Below are positions 1-9,401 of a stretch of 64,000 bases of DNA, piece after piece. The notes beneath the pieces are model-generated. The model searched no databases and was not told the DNA's origin. It saw only the letters and a list, made by a program, of their open reading frames with translations. Numbering within the stretch: the first letter of the stretch is position 1; every line of letters begins with the position of its first letter. The DNA lies in NCBI GenBank assembly GCA_030649135.1, contig JAUSGI010000002.1, forward strand, positions 1 through 64,000, written 5' to 3'. The position numbers and the translations under genes were made by a program. The stretch comes from a bacterium. GTDB lineage: Bacteria; Patescibacteriota; Minisyncoccia; Phycocordibacterales; Zambryskibacteraceae.

Positions 1-3000
1 GTTTGGTCAATGATAAACGGAGAGGTGTCTGGTGAAGCGGAGTCCTCCACGATGAACGCAGGTGCTCCTGCCGTTCCCGTTTGAGTTACAGAGAGTTTGC
101 CCCACGGTGTCGTCGTTCCGATGCCGACGTTGCCCGAGGAATCAATCGTCATCCTTTGCAAAGCACTCGTCCACAAAGAGAGTGCGCTGAGCGAATTGTT
201 GTACTGCACGAGACCCTGAGCTTCAGAATCCGTGTCGCCAAGCTGGAGTCGCGCAAGACCAGTATTGCCAGAGATGACTGAAATATACGCGGCCGCACCT
301 GCGGTACTGCTTCTATCAAAGAGAGCAACCGTACCCGCGGTCGTTGCCCATGTTTTTCCAGAACCAGTCTTCACGACATCGAGGCTTGTGTCAGGACTCG
401 TGGTGCCGATGCCGACGTTGCCGGATAGGTTAGTCATCGCTCCTTCAAGGCCAAAGAATGTTGCATCGGAGGGACCAGAGGTGTTCCCATCGTTAAAACC
501 CTCTACAAAAACTCCAATACTATAAGTAAGTGTTGCGTGATTATGGTAAATTTGAACAGATGTCCCACTAACTTGAAGCAATGGATGGTTGCTTGTGGTT
601 CCGTTGGCGCTGACCATACGAGCCACCCAAGTACCGACTGCCGTTCTATAAACTATATAGACCGCACCCGTAGGTGTTCCCGTGATTTGCGTAACGAGCT
701 TAATTCTATATTGGTATCCTGCTTGCAAGATACTCACCCCGTCATAAAGATTAATAGTAACTGCCGTTGAGACAGGAACACTATATGTAGCATTATAAAA
801 ATGCGATGCCACTGTAGAGCCGCTTCTGATACTTCCGTTGACATCAAGCTTGAAACTTGGCCCCGCCGTCCCGATGCCGACGTTCCTACTTGAATCCACC
901 ACTAACCCCGTACCCCCTACTGTGAGAAGAGTGGAATAAAGGTCGGTGGAAGAGGCAGTAGTACTGAAGAGATTGGTCGAGGTGGCGGAGGTACCAGTGG
1001 CGTTATTGAAAGTGAAGTTTTGGAGAGTGGAGGAAGCCTTCACCAAGAGATTAGCGAAGGTGGCGGAACCAGAATTGAGGAGCGCTGAATAAAGATTAGT
1101 GGAAGAGGCAGTAGTACTGAAGAGATTGGTCGAGGTGGCATTCTGGAAAGTAGAGGAGGATGTCACCAAAAGATTTTTAATGGTGGCCAGACCGAGAGCA
1201 TCGATGGAGAAGAGGGTGGTGGTGGAGAAGGCCGCGGTGGAAGAAGAAACCAGGAAGAGGTTGGCGTTATATGTATCGAGAGCGCCAGCGTGGAGAGCGA
1301 ACCTGGCATAAGGAGAAGTGGTACCGATGCCGACGTTGCCGACATTGGTCACAATAAAGTTTGTGGCGGTCGAGGAACCGACAACGAAAGAAGGTCCGCT
1401 GATACCGTTCGGATTTACAGAGAGGAGGCCCCACGGTGTAGTCGTCCCGATCCCGACATTCCTCGATGAATCCACCACTAGACCAGTACCCCCTACTGTC
1501 AAAAGTGAGGAGTAGAGATTGGTCGAAGAAGCAGTGGTGGAGAAGAAGTTAGTAGTAGTGGCGTTTGTCGAAGTGGAGTTGAGGAAAGTTAGGTTCTGGA
1601 AAGTGGAAGAAGCATAGGAGAGTATATTTTGAGTAAGTAGGTTGGTGGTGGAAGCGTTAATCGCTTCGAAATTAGTGCTGAAAAGATTGGTCGAGGTGGC
1701 GCTGGTACCGGTAGCGTTGGCGAAGGTGAAGTTCTGGAGAGTAGTGGACCCGCTCGAGAAGATGTCGCCAGCTTGGTTGATGGAGAATTTGGTGGTGGAA
1801 GCTACTTTGAGATCCAAGAGATTGCCAGTAAAGCCCGTGATGGCATCAGCTGCGATAACCGTGCCTGAAGTGCCACCTACCACCGAGAGTTTGGCGTAGG
1901 GAGAAGTGGTGCCGATGCCGACGTTGCCGTTTCCTCTTACCGCCAGAAGTGAATTACCTGAATGGTCCTCAATTGATAGTGGGTAATTAGAACTATGATC
2001 AATAAGACGCAACAGTGCATTTGAAATTGCCGGACTCGAATTATTATTCGGGCGGCGTATTGTTGCTACTGCAACCGAAGGACTTCCATCTTGGTCTTCG
2101 ATATACAGACTCCGTGTATCGCTTGCTGGATTAATTGCAAGAGTAGCACTCGGGCTCGTTGTCCCGATGCCGACGTTACCATTAGTCACTATAAATTGAG
2201 TGGTAGTAGCTACTGCATCAGAAGACGAGGCGATGACAAACGCAGGTAAAGTGGTCGAGAGGTTGTGGGTACCTATGGAAAACTTAGCCCAAGGTGAAGT
2301 GGTGCTGACACCGACTCTTTGGTTGGTAGTGTCGATAGACAGTACCGCAAGCCCGGCGGCATTTTGGAACTGGAAGGTGTCGGTTCGGTCTGAAGCAGGG
2401 ATGAAGATGGCTCTAGGAGTAGTACCGTTGAAGGCAAAGGTGGTAGTGCCCGTAGAACCAACAGAAGAAGTCCACTCGTTTGATGCGTCGTATTGCACCC
2501 TAAACTGCGGCTGTGAAGTGGAGGTGATAGTTTGAGAGCCTGTAGTGATAATACCCCCAGCCAGAAGATTACCGGAATTATCCACTCTAAAAAGAACCTC
2601 GTCCCCCGCCGCATTTGTGTATTCGATGAAGTCGCCCGAAGGTGCAACATCGGTAATCCTTCGAGCGTTGAAGATGTTTACACCATTTGTTGTTTGGATG
2701 ATATTGAAAGTGCTCTCGGGAGTGTTTGTGCCGATACCAAGCCGAGAAGTGGCATCATCCCAAAAGAAATCGGCATTATTTTGAGTCAAGAGACCGCTCG
2801 CGCCGATAAATGGCACGGACCCAAGTGTGAGTGAGGTGAAGAGGTTATCGGAAACCGCTAGATTGGTAGTAGTAGCGTTGGTGATGATGGCATTGGTAGT
2901 CGTCGAGTTGGTGGACGTTGAATTGGTAGCGGTTAAGGCACCGACCGTAATGTCGTCGGCAATGAGAGAAGTGATGGTGGAAAAGAGAGATGTAAAGGTG

Positions 3001-4229
3001 TTGGTAAAGAAATTGGTAGACGTGGCGTTAGAGGTCGTGCTATTGGTAGCGTCAAAGGAAGTGGCAGAGACCCGTGGCGCGCCAACAGAGCTGTTGAAGA
3101 ACGCGTGACCAGCCGCGTTCAGGGTCACGTTTTTAGCATCAATAATAAAGACTTCATCTGGATTTCCTAAAGTAATTTTCCCACCGGCTGAGAAACTGCC
3201 CAATACTCCGAGCGAACCGAACGAACCACTCATGGCTATAACGGCGCTACCGACTTCTAACCCGCCACGTATCGAGACATTTTTTTGTATATCTAGATTG
3301 CCTTTAACAACTAAATCACTTTGGGTAGTAACAATATCTTCAAAGTAAGCCCGACCGATAACTTTCAGGTCTCCGCCGACTTCGAGAGTTGAGAGCAGTT
3401 TGGTTGCTCCCCTTACCAAAAGAGTTTTTCCAACTTCCACATTGCCTTCTAACTTTACATTCTCTCTGGTCATGGAGCCATTGGCAGTCACAAACGCGAG
3501 AGTGAAGTCTGTTGAACTGGCACCCCCTATGAATTCGGCATTCAAATTTTTAACTAAAGTTTTTGAATCTACCACGATGGGCGCAATACCATCTTGAATG
3601 TAAGACCTCAATTGACCCTCGGTCTCGATATGTCCCATAATGGCAACATTGCCTTCGCTATCCAAAAGTAGAATCTCGTTTTGATGAGTACCGGGACGGA
3701 AACCTAAGACAGTATTCGCATCATTTATCGAATCCCTAACAAAGTTAAATGATTTGTCGAAGAATCCAAAAACAATCGGCACCGGTAATAGCGCAAGCAA
3801 GAGCAGAGAAGCGAGCGTCGCCGCGATAAGTAACCTGCTCGATAACACAACTTTAAACGGAGAAAAGCGGGAATGAAATTTTTTATCGATGACTCTCTCA
3901 AGTATCAGCCCGATATCAGGGATAACCGTATTGGAAGAAACTTTTTCAGTTTTATTTTCTACTGAGGATTGCTCTTCGTATTTATTGAAGTCGGTATGAG
4001 GTGACTGGGACGATTCAAGAGACCGGAAATTTCCGTTCTGAACTTGAGCCCGAATCATCTGCTTCTTCATGTAATCATCTAAAACAGGCTTGGTTGTATA
4101 CCAAGCATTTCCAATTTTTTTTGAAGTCAGTTTTTTCTTACGGGCAAGTAGACTCAAATATTCAGCACTGTAAGGAACATGGTGCGCCGCCTCAGACATT
4201 GAAAGCCAGTTTTCAGCTTCGTTTTTCAT
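1..4229 (-). CDS. Giant surface fibre/adhesin-like protein, partial. The C-terminus lies beyond the window start. It has an N-terminal HTH_17-like segment and tail-fibre-like GNVGIGTTSP repeat modules.
   Basis: A minus-strand ATG at 4229 opens a frame (coordinate mod 3 = 2) with no stop down to position 1. The ORF track omits it because its stop is outside the window. The N-terminus reads MKNEAENWLSMSEAAHHVPYSAEYLSLLARKKKLTSKKIGNAWYTTKPVLDDY, which matches the excisionase/MerR-type HTH pattern. The motif G-N-V-G-I-G-T-T (revcomp of gtgccgatgccgacgttgcc) is in frame at about 119, 403, 862, 1321, 1441, 1908, 2158 and 2718. Long Ser/Thr/Asn tracts separate the repeats. Confidence 0.7.
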   Translation of the reverse strand, partial: MKNEAENWLSMSEAAHHVPYSAEYLSLLARKKKLTSKKIGNAWYTTKPVLDDYMKKQMIRAQVQNGNFRSLESSQSPHTDFNKYEEQSSVENKTEKVSSNTVIPDIGLILERVIDKKFHSRFSPFKVVLSSRLLIAATLASLLLLALLPVPIVFGFFDKSFNFVRDSINDANTVLGFRPGTHQNEILLLDSEGNVAIMGHIETEGQLRSYIQDGIAPIVVDSKTLVKNLNAEFIGGASSTDFTLAFVTANGSMTRENVKLEGNVEVGKTLLVRGATKLLSTLEVGGDLKVIGRAYFEDIVTTQSDLVVKGNLDIQKNVSIRGGLEVGSAVIAMSGSFGSLGVLGSFSAGGKITLGNPDEVFIIDAKNVTLNAAGHAFFNSSVGAPRVSATSFDATNSTTSNATSTNFFTNTFTSLFSTITSLIADDITVGALTATNSTSTNSTTTNAIITNATTTNLAVSDNLFTSLTLGSVPFIGASGLLTQNNADFFWDDATSRLGIGTNTPESTFNIIQTTNGVNIFNARRITDVAPSGDFIEYTNAAGDEVLFRVDNSGNLLAGGIITTGSQTITSTSQPQFRVQYDASNEWTSSVGSTGTTTFAFNGTTPRAIFIPASDRTDTFQFQNAAGLAVLSIDTTNQRVGVSTTSPWAKFSIGTHNLSTTLPAFVIASSSDAVATTTQFIVTNGNVGIGTTSPSATLAINPASDTRSLYIEDQDGSPSVAVATIRRPNNNSSPAISNALLRLIDHSSNYPLSIEDHSGNSLLAVRGNGNVGIGTTSPYAKLSVVGGTSGTVIAADAITGFTGNLLDLKVASTTKFSINQAGDIFSSGSTTLQNFTFANATGTSATSTNLFSTNFEAINASTTNLLTQNILSYASSTFQNLTFLNSTSTNATTTNFFSTTASSTNLYSSLLTVGGTGLVVDSSRNVGIGTTTPWGLLSVNPNGISGPSFVVGSSTATNFIVTNVGNVGIGTTSPYARFALHAGALDTYNANLFLVSSSTAAFSTTTLFSIDALGLATIKNLLVTSSSTFQNATSTNLFSTTASSTNLYSALLNSGSATFANLLVKASSTLQNFTFNNATGTSATSTNLFSTTASSTDLYSTLLTVGGTGLVVDSSRNVGIGTAGPSFKLDVNGSIRSGSTVASHFYNATYSVPVSTAVTINLYDGVSILQAGYQYRIKLVTQITGTPTGAVYIVYRTAVGTWVARMVSANGTTSNHPLLQVSGTSVQIYHNHATLTYSIGVFVEGFNDGNTSGPSDATFFGLEGAMTNLSGNVGIGTTSPDTSLDVVKTGSGKTWATTAGTVALFDRSSTAGAAAYISVISGNTGLARLQLGDTDSEAQGLVQYNNSLSALSLWTSALQRMTIDSSGNVGIGTTTPWGKLSVTQTGTAGAPAFIVEDSASPDTSPFIIDQ

Positions 4230-4457
4230 GCCGATATACCGTATCGGTTACAAAATATCATTGTCTTTATTATATATTTTAGAAAGGGTGACTACTACCT
4301 ATTTTGTGATTTTCTGTGGATAGAAACCTAAAAAACTGACGCCTAAATTGTGATGCGTTTATCGAGCTGATGAATCTAAACCAATACTTAAACAACAAAA
4401 TAACTAAATAAACATACAAACATTAATACACCTTAATAATCTCTTGTGATAGAAAGT

Positions 4458-4976
4458 TTATAAACCTATATATTTAAAGCTCTTAAGTCTAAAAATACCG
4501 AAAGCTCTACCTTTTATGTGCCACCTATCTATAAATCCCAGTTCGCGTGAATCTATACTGACATCTCTATTATCTCCAAGTATAAAATACTCCTCCGGAT
4601 CAAGCTTAGATTGGGTTACACCTATAAGCAACTCAAGATCGTCTATAAGATAATCTTCCTCAAGGGTAATGCCTGGATCAAGACGATTAGTCCTTATCAC
4701 TACTTGGTCTTCCTCGATACTGAAACGCTCTCCCGGTAAAACAATTATTCTTTTAATAACTTTGAATGATTCCCCTCTAGGAATAGCGACCACAATATCC
4801 CCGCGTTTTGGGTCTTTGTATAAATAAGCAAGTTTATTTATAAAAACATAATCACCGGAGAGGATGGTGGGCGACATTGAATCTCCGTTAACAATAAACC
4901 CTTCCAATGCAAATAGACGAACCAGAAGTGCCAAAGCAAACGCCACCAGAAATACTGATAAAATTTTCGTTTTCAT
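4458..4976 (-). CDS. lepB: Signal peptidase I (S26 family)
   Basis: N-terminal TM segment; GDSMSPT Ser box; KRIIVLPGE and GDNRDVSIDSR motifs. Confidence 0.9.
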   Translation of the reverse strand: MKTKILSVFLVAFALALLVRLFALEGFIVNGDSMSPTILSGDYVFINKLAYLYKDPKRGDIVVAIPRGESFKVIKRIIVLPGERFSIEEDQVVIRTNRLDPGITLEEDYLIDDLELLIGVTQSKLDPEEYFILGDNRDVSIDSRELGFIDRWHIKGRAFGIFRLKSFKYIGL

Positions 4977-5014
4977 CCTTACTTGTATATTGTAGCATAT
5001 ATGATAAATTATGA

Positions 5015-5257
5015 ATGTTTATGGCAGAAATCTATTTTTCTATTAAAGAGGCGGCCGAGATTCTGGGAGTATCTCCTTTAACTTTACGCAACTGGGATAA
5101 GTCCGGTAAGTTCCCGGCCCAAAGGCATCCGATGAACAACTACCGAGTTTACAGACTTTCAGCTCTGGAAAATATTGTCAATGATATTGAAGGTGGCACA
5201 AACAAAAGTAACGCAGAGAAACGTATTAAAAAACTAATGATTAGGCACGAGGAGTAA
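5015..5257 (+). CDS. Small MerR/excisionase-family (HTH_17) DNA-binding protein
   Basis: FSIKEAAEILGVSPLTLRNWDKSGKFPAQRHPMNNYRVYR is a textbook HTH_17 signature. Confidence 0.75.
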   Translation: MFMAEIYFSIKEAAEILGVSPLTLRNWDKSGKFPAQRHPMNNYRVYRLSALENIVNDIEGGTNKSNAEKRIKKLMIRHEE

Positions 5258-6632
5258 GCAAGTCTTGGAAAATCTCCTTTAGTATGACCGGGTTACCACT
5301 CCCCTTCATCTCTTTCATAGCCTGACCAATAAGAAACTGTAGAGAGGCGGCCTTGCCTTTTTTAAATTCATTTACCACAGTTTCATTTTCGGAAATTATT
5401 TTCTCAACCACAACCTGTAGTTCGACTTTATTGCTTCTTTGAATAAGATTATTTTCCTCTGCAATTGTTCTTGGGTCACCATTTTTTTCCTGAAGAATCT
5501 TTAAAATATCTTTCGCCCCGCGGGAGGAGATAGCGCCACTTACAACCATACGGATAACTTCAGCCAGACTCTTGGCCGGTATAGGAATCTTCAGATCGCT
5601 TGTGATGTAATTGGAAGCTAGTTCAATAAACCTGCTCTCTCTAAGAATCTCCGCAACCTCTTCAAAGAGTCTTCCCCACTCTGGTTCCCGAACATAAATT
5701 TCTATATCCCCCTCTTTCAGCCCGAAATCTCTTTTGTATCTCTCCCTCTTCTGCCAAGGTAATTCCGGTAAAGAGGCCCTCAATACTTCTTCATCGTATT
5801 CTGAAATTGCTTTTATAAAAAGCTTTGGTAAATCTGGGTCCGGGAAGTAACGATAGTCATGGGCCGACTCCTTTAACCTTTGGGTAAAAGTAATTTCCTT
5901 ATTTTCGTCCCATCCTCTTGTTTCTTGCAATACCTTTTCTCCCCTCTCGAGCGCTTCAATCTGACGTGCCATCTCAAACTTGATTGCTTTCTCGACCACT
6001 TTGAACGAATTAAGATTCTTAATCTCAACTTTGGTCCCCTTCTTGTTGTCTTTGCTTACGGAAACATTGGCTTCGACTCGCATTTCTCCTTTCTCCATAT
6101 TGGCCCCGCTTATATTTAAATACTTCAGTAAAAGTTGCAATTCACGGGCAAAATTAGATGCCGCTTCGGCCGTCTTAATCACCGGTTCTGTCACCAGTTC
6201 CATGAGCGGTACCCCCGCCCTATTGAAATCGAGCAAACTGTCCCCCTTATCGTTATGAATTGATTTTGCCGTGTCTTCTTCGAGATGGACACGTGTGATA
6301 GCGACACCGGTAAGCAAACCTCCTCGCACCAACGGATGCTCGTATTGACTAATTTGGTATCCTTTCGGAATATCAGGGTAGAAATAGTTTTTACGGTCAA
6401 ATTCCGTATAATCGGCAATTTCTCCGCCTATCGCCACTCCAAGGCGTAAAACACTTCGCACCGCTTCTTTATTTATCACCGGCAAAGTGCCGGGATATCC
6501 TAGGCAGATTGGGCAGACATTGGTATTGGGGCGTGATTCGTCAGTATTATTTCCAGAGTTACAGAACATCTTAGTCTTAGTCGAGAGCTCCGCATGTATT
6601 TCAAGCCCAATAGTCAAGATATAGTCCTTCAT
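5241..6632 (-). CDS. gatB: Aspartyl/glutamyl-tRNA amidotransferase subunit B
   Basis: IGLEIHAEL, VCPICLGYPGTLPVINKEAV and FDRKNYFYPDIPKGYQISQ are GatB hallmarks. Confidence 0.93.
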   Translation of the reverse strand: MKDYILTIGLEIHAELSTKTKMFCNSGNNTDESRPNTNVCPICLGYPGTLPVINKEAVRSVLRLGVAIGGEIADYTEFDRKNYFYPDIPKGYQISQYEHPLVRGGLLTGVAITRVHLEEDTAKSIHNDKGDSLLDFNRAGVPLMELVTEPVIKTAEAASNFARELQLLLKYLNISGANMEKGEMRVEANVSVSKDNKKGTKVEIKNLNSFKVVEKAIKFEMARQIEALERGEKVLQETRGWDENKEITFTQRLKESAHDYRYFPDPDLPKLFIKAISEYDEEVLRASLPELPWQKRERYKRDFGLKEGDIEIYVREPEWGRLFEEVAEILRESRFIELASNYITSDLKIPIPAKSLAEVIRMVVSGAISSRGAKDILKILQEKNGDPRTIAEENNLIQRSNKVELQVVVEKIISENETVVNEFKKGKAASLQFLIGQAMKEMKGSGNPVILKEIFQDLLTPRA

Positions 6633-6634
6633 GA

Positions 6635-7594
6635 TTAAAAAGTTTTGCTGATGACATTGCCAAATTCTTTGACTAGTTTGTCATCCAGTACGGAAACCGG
6701 ATATACCTTCGAGCTAACTTTTTTTAAGAGCTTGAGCTTTTTGCCCTGTTCTTCTTTTGTTAGAGTGTCAACTTTGGTAAGGACAACAACTTCGGTCTTC
6801 TTCAACATGTTCTTATTATAGAGCCCAAGTTCGTTTCGAACCACTTTATAAGCGTTCAGGGGATCCTCTTCCTCGGCAGAAACACAATGGACGAGAGCCT
6901 TGGTACGTTCGATATGGCGCAAAAACTTATGGCCCAAACCCTTGCCTTTGGCCGCTCCCTCCAAGAGACCGGGAATGTCGGCCAGGATAAGTCCATAAAA
7001 GTCTCCTAAACTTGGTTCAACGGTAGTAAATGGAAAGTTGCCCACTTTGGATTGAGCACTAGTGAGAGCATTCAAGAGACTTGATTTGCCGGCATTGGGC
7101 AAGCCTACAATACCCACATCGACGACCAAGAGAAGCTCAATGTGAAAATCTGCCTCTTCCCCCGAAACACCGGGAGTAGACTGTTTGGGGCGAATATTGG
7201 TTGAACCCTTAAAATGATTGTTTCCCAATCCCCCTCTTCCTCCACGAAGAAGTAACACCTTTTCACCATCTTTCAGAAGTTCCGTGGCATACCCTGTGGT
7301 GAGATTCGTTAGGCGTGAGCCGACAGGTAGTTTTATGACAACATCTTTCCCCACTCCGCCCTGCTTGAGGTCTTTAGCTCCATCCTCTCCACGTCCCGCT
7401 TCAAACTTCCCCACATTGCGATAGGCCGATAGAATACCGATATCCCGTACAGCGAGAGCATGAACATCGCCCCCTTTGCCACCGTTACCACCAGAGGGAC
7501 CGCCATGGTCTTTGCCTTTCTCATGTCGCCAGCGCACTACACCGTCGCCGCCGCGACCAGCTTTAAAGTGAAGTGTTAATTCGTCTATAAACAT
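6635..7594 (-). CDS. obg: GTPase Obg
   Basis: N-terminal Gly-rich Obg fold (GRGGDGVVRWRHEKGKDHGGPSGGNGGKGGDV); G-domain GLPNAGKSSLLNALTSA. Confidence 0.92.
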   Translation of the reverse strand: MFIDELTLHFKAGRGGDGVVRWRHEKGKDHGGPSGGNGGKGGDVHALAVRDIGILSAYRNVGKFEAGRGEDGAKDLKQGGVGKDVVIKLPVGSRLTNLTTGYATELLKDGEKVLLLRGGRGGLGNNHFKGSTNIRPKQSTPGVSGEEADFHIELLLVVDVGIVGLPNAGKSSLLNALTSAQSKVGNFPFTTVEPSLGDFYGLILADIPGLLEGAAKGKGLGHKFLRHIERTKALVHCVSAEEEDPLNAYKVVRNELGLYNKNMLKKTEVVVLTKVDTLTKEEQGKKLKLLKKVSSKVYPVSVLDDKLVKEFGNVISKTF

Positions 7595-7603
7595 TCCCTT
7601 ACC

Positions 7604-8476
7604 TTATGCATTAAGAGCAATTTCCGCAAGTGCTATCGCACCCTCTTTGCTTTGAGCCACTGCCGTAAAGAGTGCCCTATGACAAAACACGGCATCCGGT
7701 ACGCCTGTGATTTGCTGTAACTCTTTGTCTTTTTTACCCGCCCAAGATAGAGGCAGGGGTCGGCGTGACACGAAGCCGGTATCTTGAACTACTCTAAGAC
7801 CCCATCGACTGTCATTACGAGGATAGACTACAAACAACACCTCCGGTTTTTCCGCAAAAACACGCCCCCACGGCAATTCTTCCGGCAAAATAACAATTCG
7901 TTTGTCAGGGCTCGCCTCATAAACTTCTCTGACTTTAGCCTCGCCCGCAATAATATTTTTAGCTTTAGCAATCTCCCTTAGCAAAAGCTCTCTGGCCACA
8001 CCGACCAGTTGCATAAAAATTCTATAAAGTTCCTCCTCACTTTCATGAAGACTCGGTAGAAATGAATAGAGAAAATCGACAATACTGTATGTCCTGACAT
8101 TTTTAAAACGGTAATCGGCAATAGAGACTCCGTTATCGTGAGCATCCAACGGCTGCATAAGATTAATATCTATCAAATCCGTGACCTCTTGACTGCCGGA
8201 TAGCTTCTCTCCGAACTCTTTCCACACTAGTCCACAAGAAGCATAAGGGATGCCGTTTGGTCTCTCTCCCGCACCGCCGGGCTGGTGATGGTCAAAACGA
8301 TGGGTGGCCGGGTCATGGGTCATTCCAACATCGACAACATAGTCGGCCAGGGCAATCTGGTCTGCATCACGAGTGCGGACCACTTTGGACTCGCCAATTG
8401 TCAACATTAAAATGGCCACAGCAAAGATATCATCGGCTTGGAAAGAACCGCTATGAGTGAGGATGGTTTTTGCCAT
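7604..8476 (-). CDS. MYG1/UPF0160-family metal-dependent hydrolase
   Basis: N-terminal THSGSFQADDIFAVA and an internal HHQ motif are characteristic of MYG1-like proteins. Confidence 0.65.
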   Translation of the reverse strand: MAKTILTHSGSFQADDIFAVAILMLTIGESKVVRTRDADQIALADYVVDVGMTHDPATHRFDHHQPGGAGERPNGIPYASCGLVWKEFGEKLSGSQEVTDLIDINLMQPLDAHDNGVSIADYRFKNVRTYSIVDFLYSFLPSLHESEEELYRIFMQLVGVARELLLREIAKAKNIIAGEAKVREVYEASPDKRIVILPEELPWGRVFAEKPEVLFVVYPRNDSRWGLRVVQDTGFVSRRPLPLSWAGKKDKELQQITGVPDAVFCHRALFTAVAQSKEGAIALAEIALNA

Positions 8477-9014
8477 AAATTTTATCGGCCCAAGCGAGAA
8501 GCAAAATGTAGAGCGAGACGGTGAGCGACATCATAGGGATAGTGATATAGCCGAACGCCATAACGTAAATCTTCGAGCAGGCGCCACCTAGCGCGGTGCA
8601 GGGCAGAATTGATGTGCCGCCAAGAGAGATGTATGACTGATAGGCGGCAAGAAGAGCCGAAGCCAGAGCAAAAGGCAAGGCGTAGAGAAAGGCGGACTCG
8701 GCCTTTTTCCACAGAGCCACCCAAAAGATAATGGCCAAAGGATAGAGGAAAACTCTCTGCCACCAACACAACGAACACGGCTCGAAACCCATAATCTCGG
8801 AATAAAAGAGTGAGCCGATAATAGCGACGAGAGCAGTCAAACATGCAAGCAGTATGGCATGTTTCCCTAGTGATACCGAGAGTATCATGCCCCATGAGTT
8901 TCTGAAAATAAGAGCGAAAAACAAAACCACCCAAACGACGTGGGAGAAGAGAACCAGGTACGGCAGCAGTAAATTGATATTCTCAACCATTGCTTTCCGG
9001 TAATTCCACCTCAC
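8451..9014 (-). CDS. Disulfide bond formation protein B-like (DsbB/BdbC) membrane oxidoreductase
   Basis: Polytopic membrane protein with EPCSLCWWQR (CxxC plus WQR) in the first periplasmic loop. Confidence 0.7.
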   Translation of the reverse strand: MRWNYRKAMVENINLLLPYLVLFSHVVWVVLFFALIFRNSWGMILSVSLGKHAILLACLTALVAIIGSLFYSEIMGFEPCSLCWWQRVFLYPLAIIFWVALWKKAESAFLYALPFALASALLAAYQSYISLGGTSILPCTALGGACSKIYVMAFGYITIPMMSLTVSLYILLLAWADKIYGKNHPHS

Positions 9015-9387
9015 TATCTGGCAGAGGGCATCCTGTGGCTTCGCTCAAACGTTTCAAAGGAACTTCTCCACTCTCGCGACTACCATCGGCAAATTCCCAA
9101 GTCGGGTAACCGGTAACCTTTGCTTCTGTACATATCGGCAGTTGATTTCTGCCATCCGGTGTAGAACATTCCACATAAGGAAGAAATTTAGCGGAAGAAC
9201 CAAACAGGGCCTTCTGGTTCTGGCAATGTTGACACCAAAAAGCGCCATAAAAGATAGTCCCGCTGTCCTTGATACAGGACGCGAATGTGTCCAACTTCCC
9301 CGGCTTACTAGGCATTCTGATAATCCAGACCAAACCGGCAACTGCCAATACTAACATCGAAAGCCATATTAACTTATTTTTCGTCAT
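8983..9387 (-). CDS. Membrane-anchored thioredoxin-like thiol-disulfide oxidoreductase (DsbA-like partner of the DsbB-like protein)
   Basis: N-terminal TM anchor, then a Trx-fold with a WCQHCQ CxxC active site. Confidence 0.65.
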   Translation of the reverse strand: MTKNKLIWLSMLVLAVAGLVWIIRMPSKPGKLDTFASCIKDSGTIFYGAFWCQHCQNQKALFGSSAKFLPYVECSTPDGRNQLPICTEAKVTGYPTWEFADGSRESGEVPLKRLSEATGCPLPDSEVELPESNG

Positions 9388-9401
9388 ATTTTTATATTAT
9401 A

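Noticed and set aside
4230-4250. Palindrome CCGATA-TACCG-TATCGG abutting the giant gene start codon
   Set aside because: Short (6-bp stem) and AT-rich context; it could be a chance palindrome or a minor RBS-occluding hairpin. Not enough to call a feature.
81-4282. Eleven short plus-strand ORFs (81-281, 232-525, ..., 4001-4282) and two short minus-strand ORFs (1163-1345, 2273-2650) that fill the first 4 kb of the ORF track
   Set aside because: They are antisense or off-frame shadows of the single giant minus-strand gene. The GNVGIGTT repeats are in frame only with the minus-strand frame opened by the ATG at 4229.
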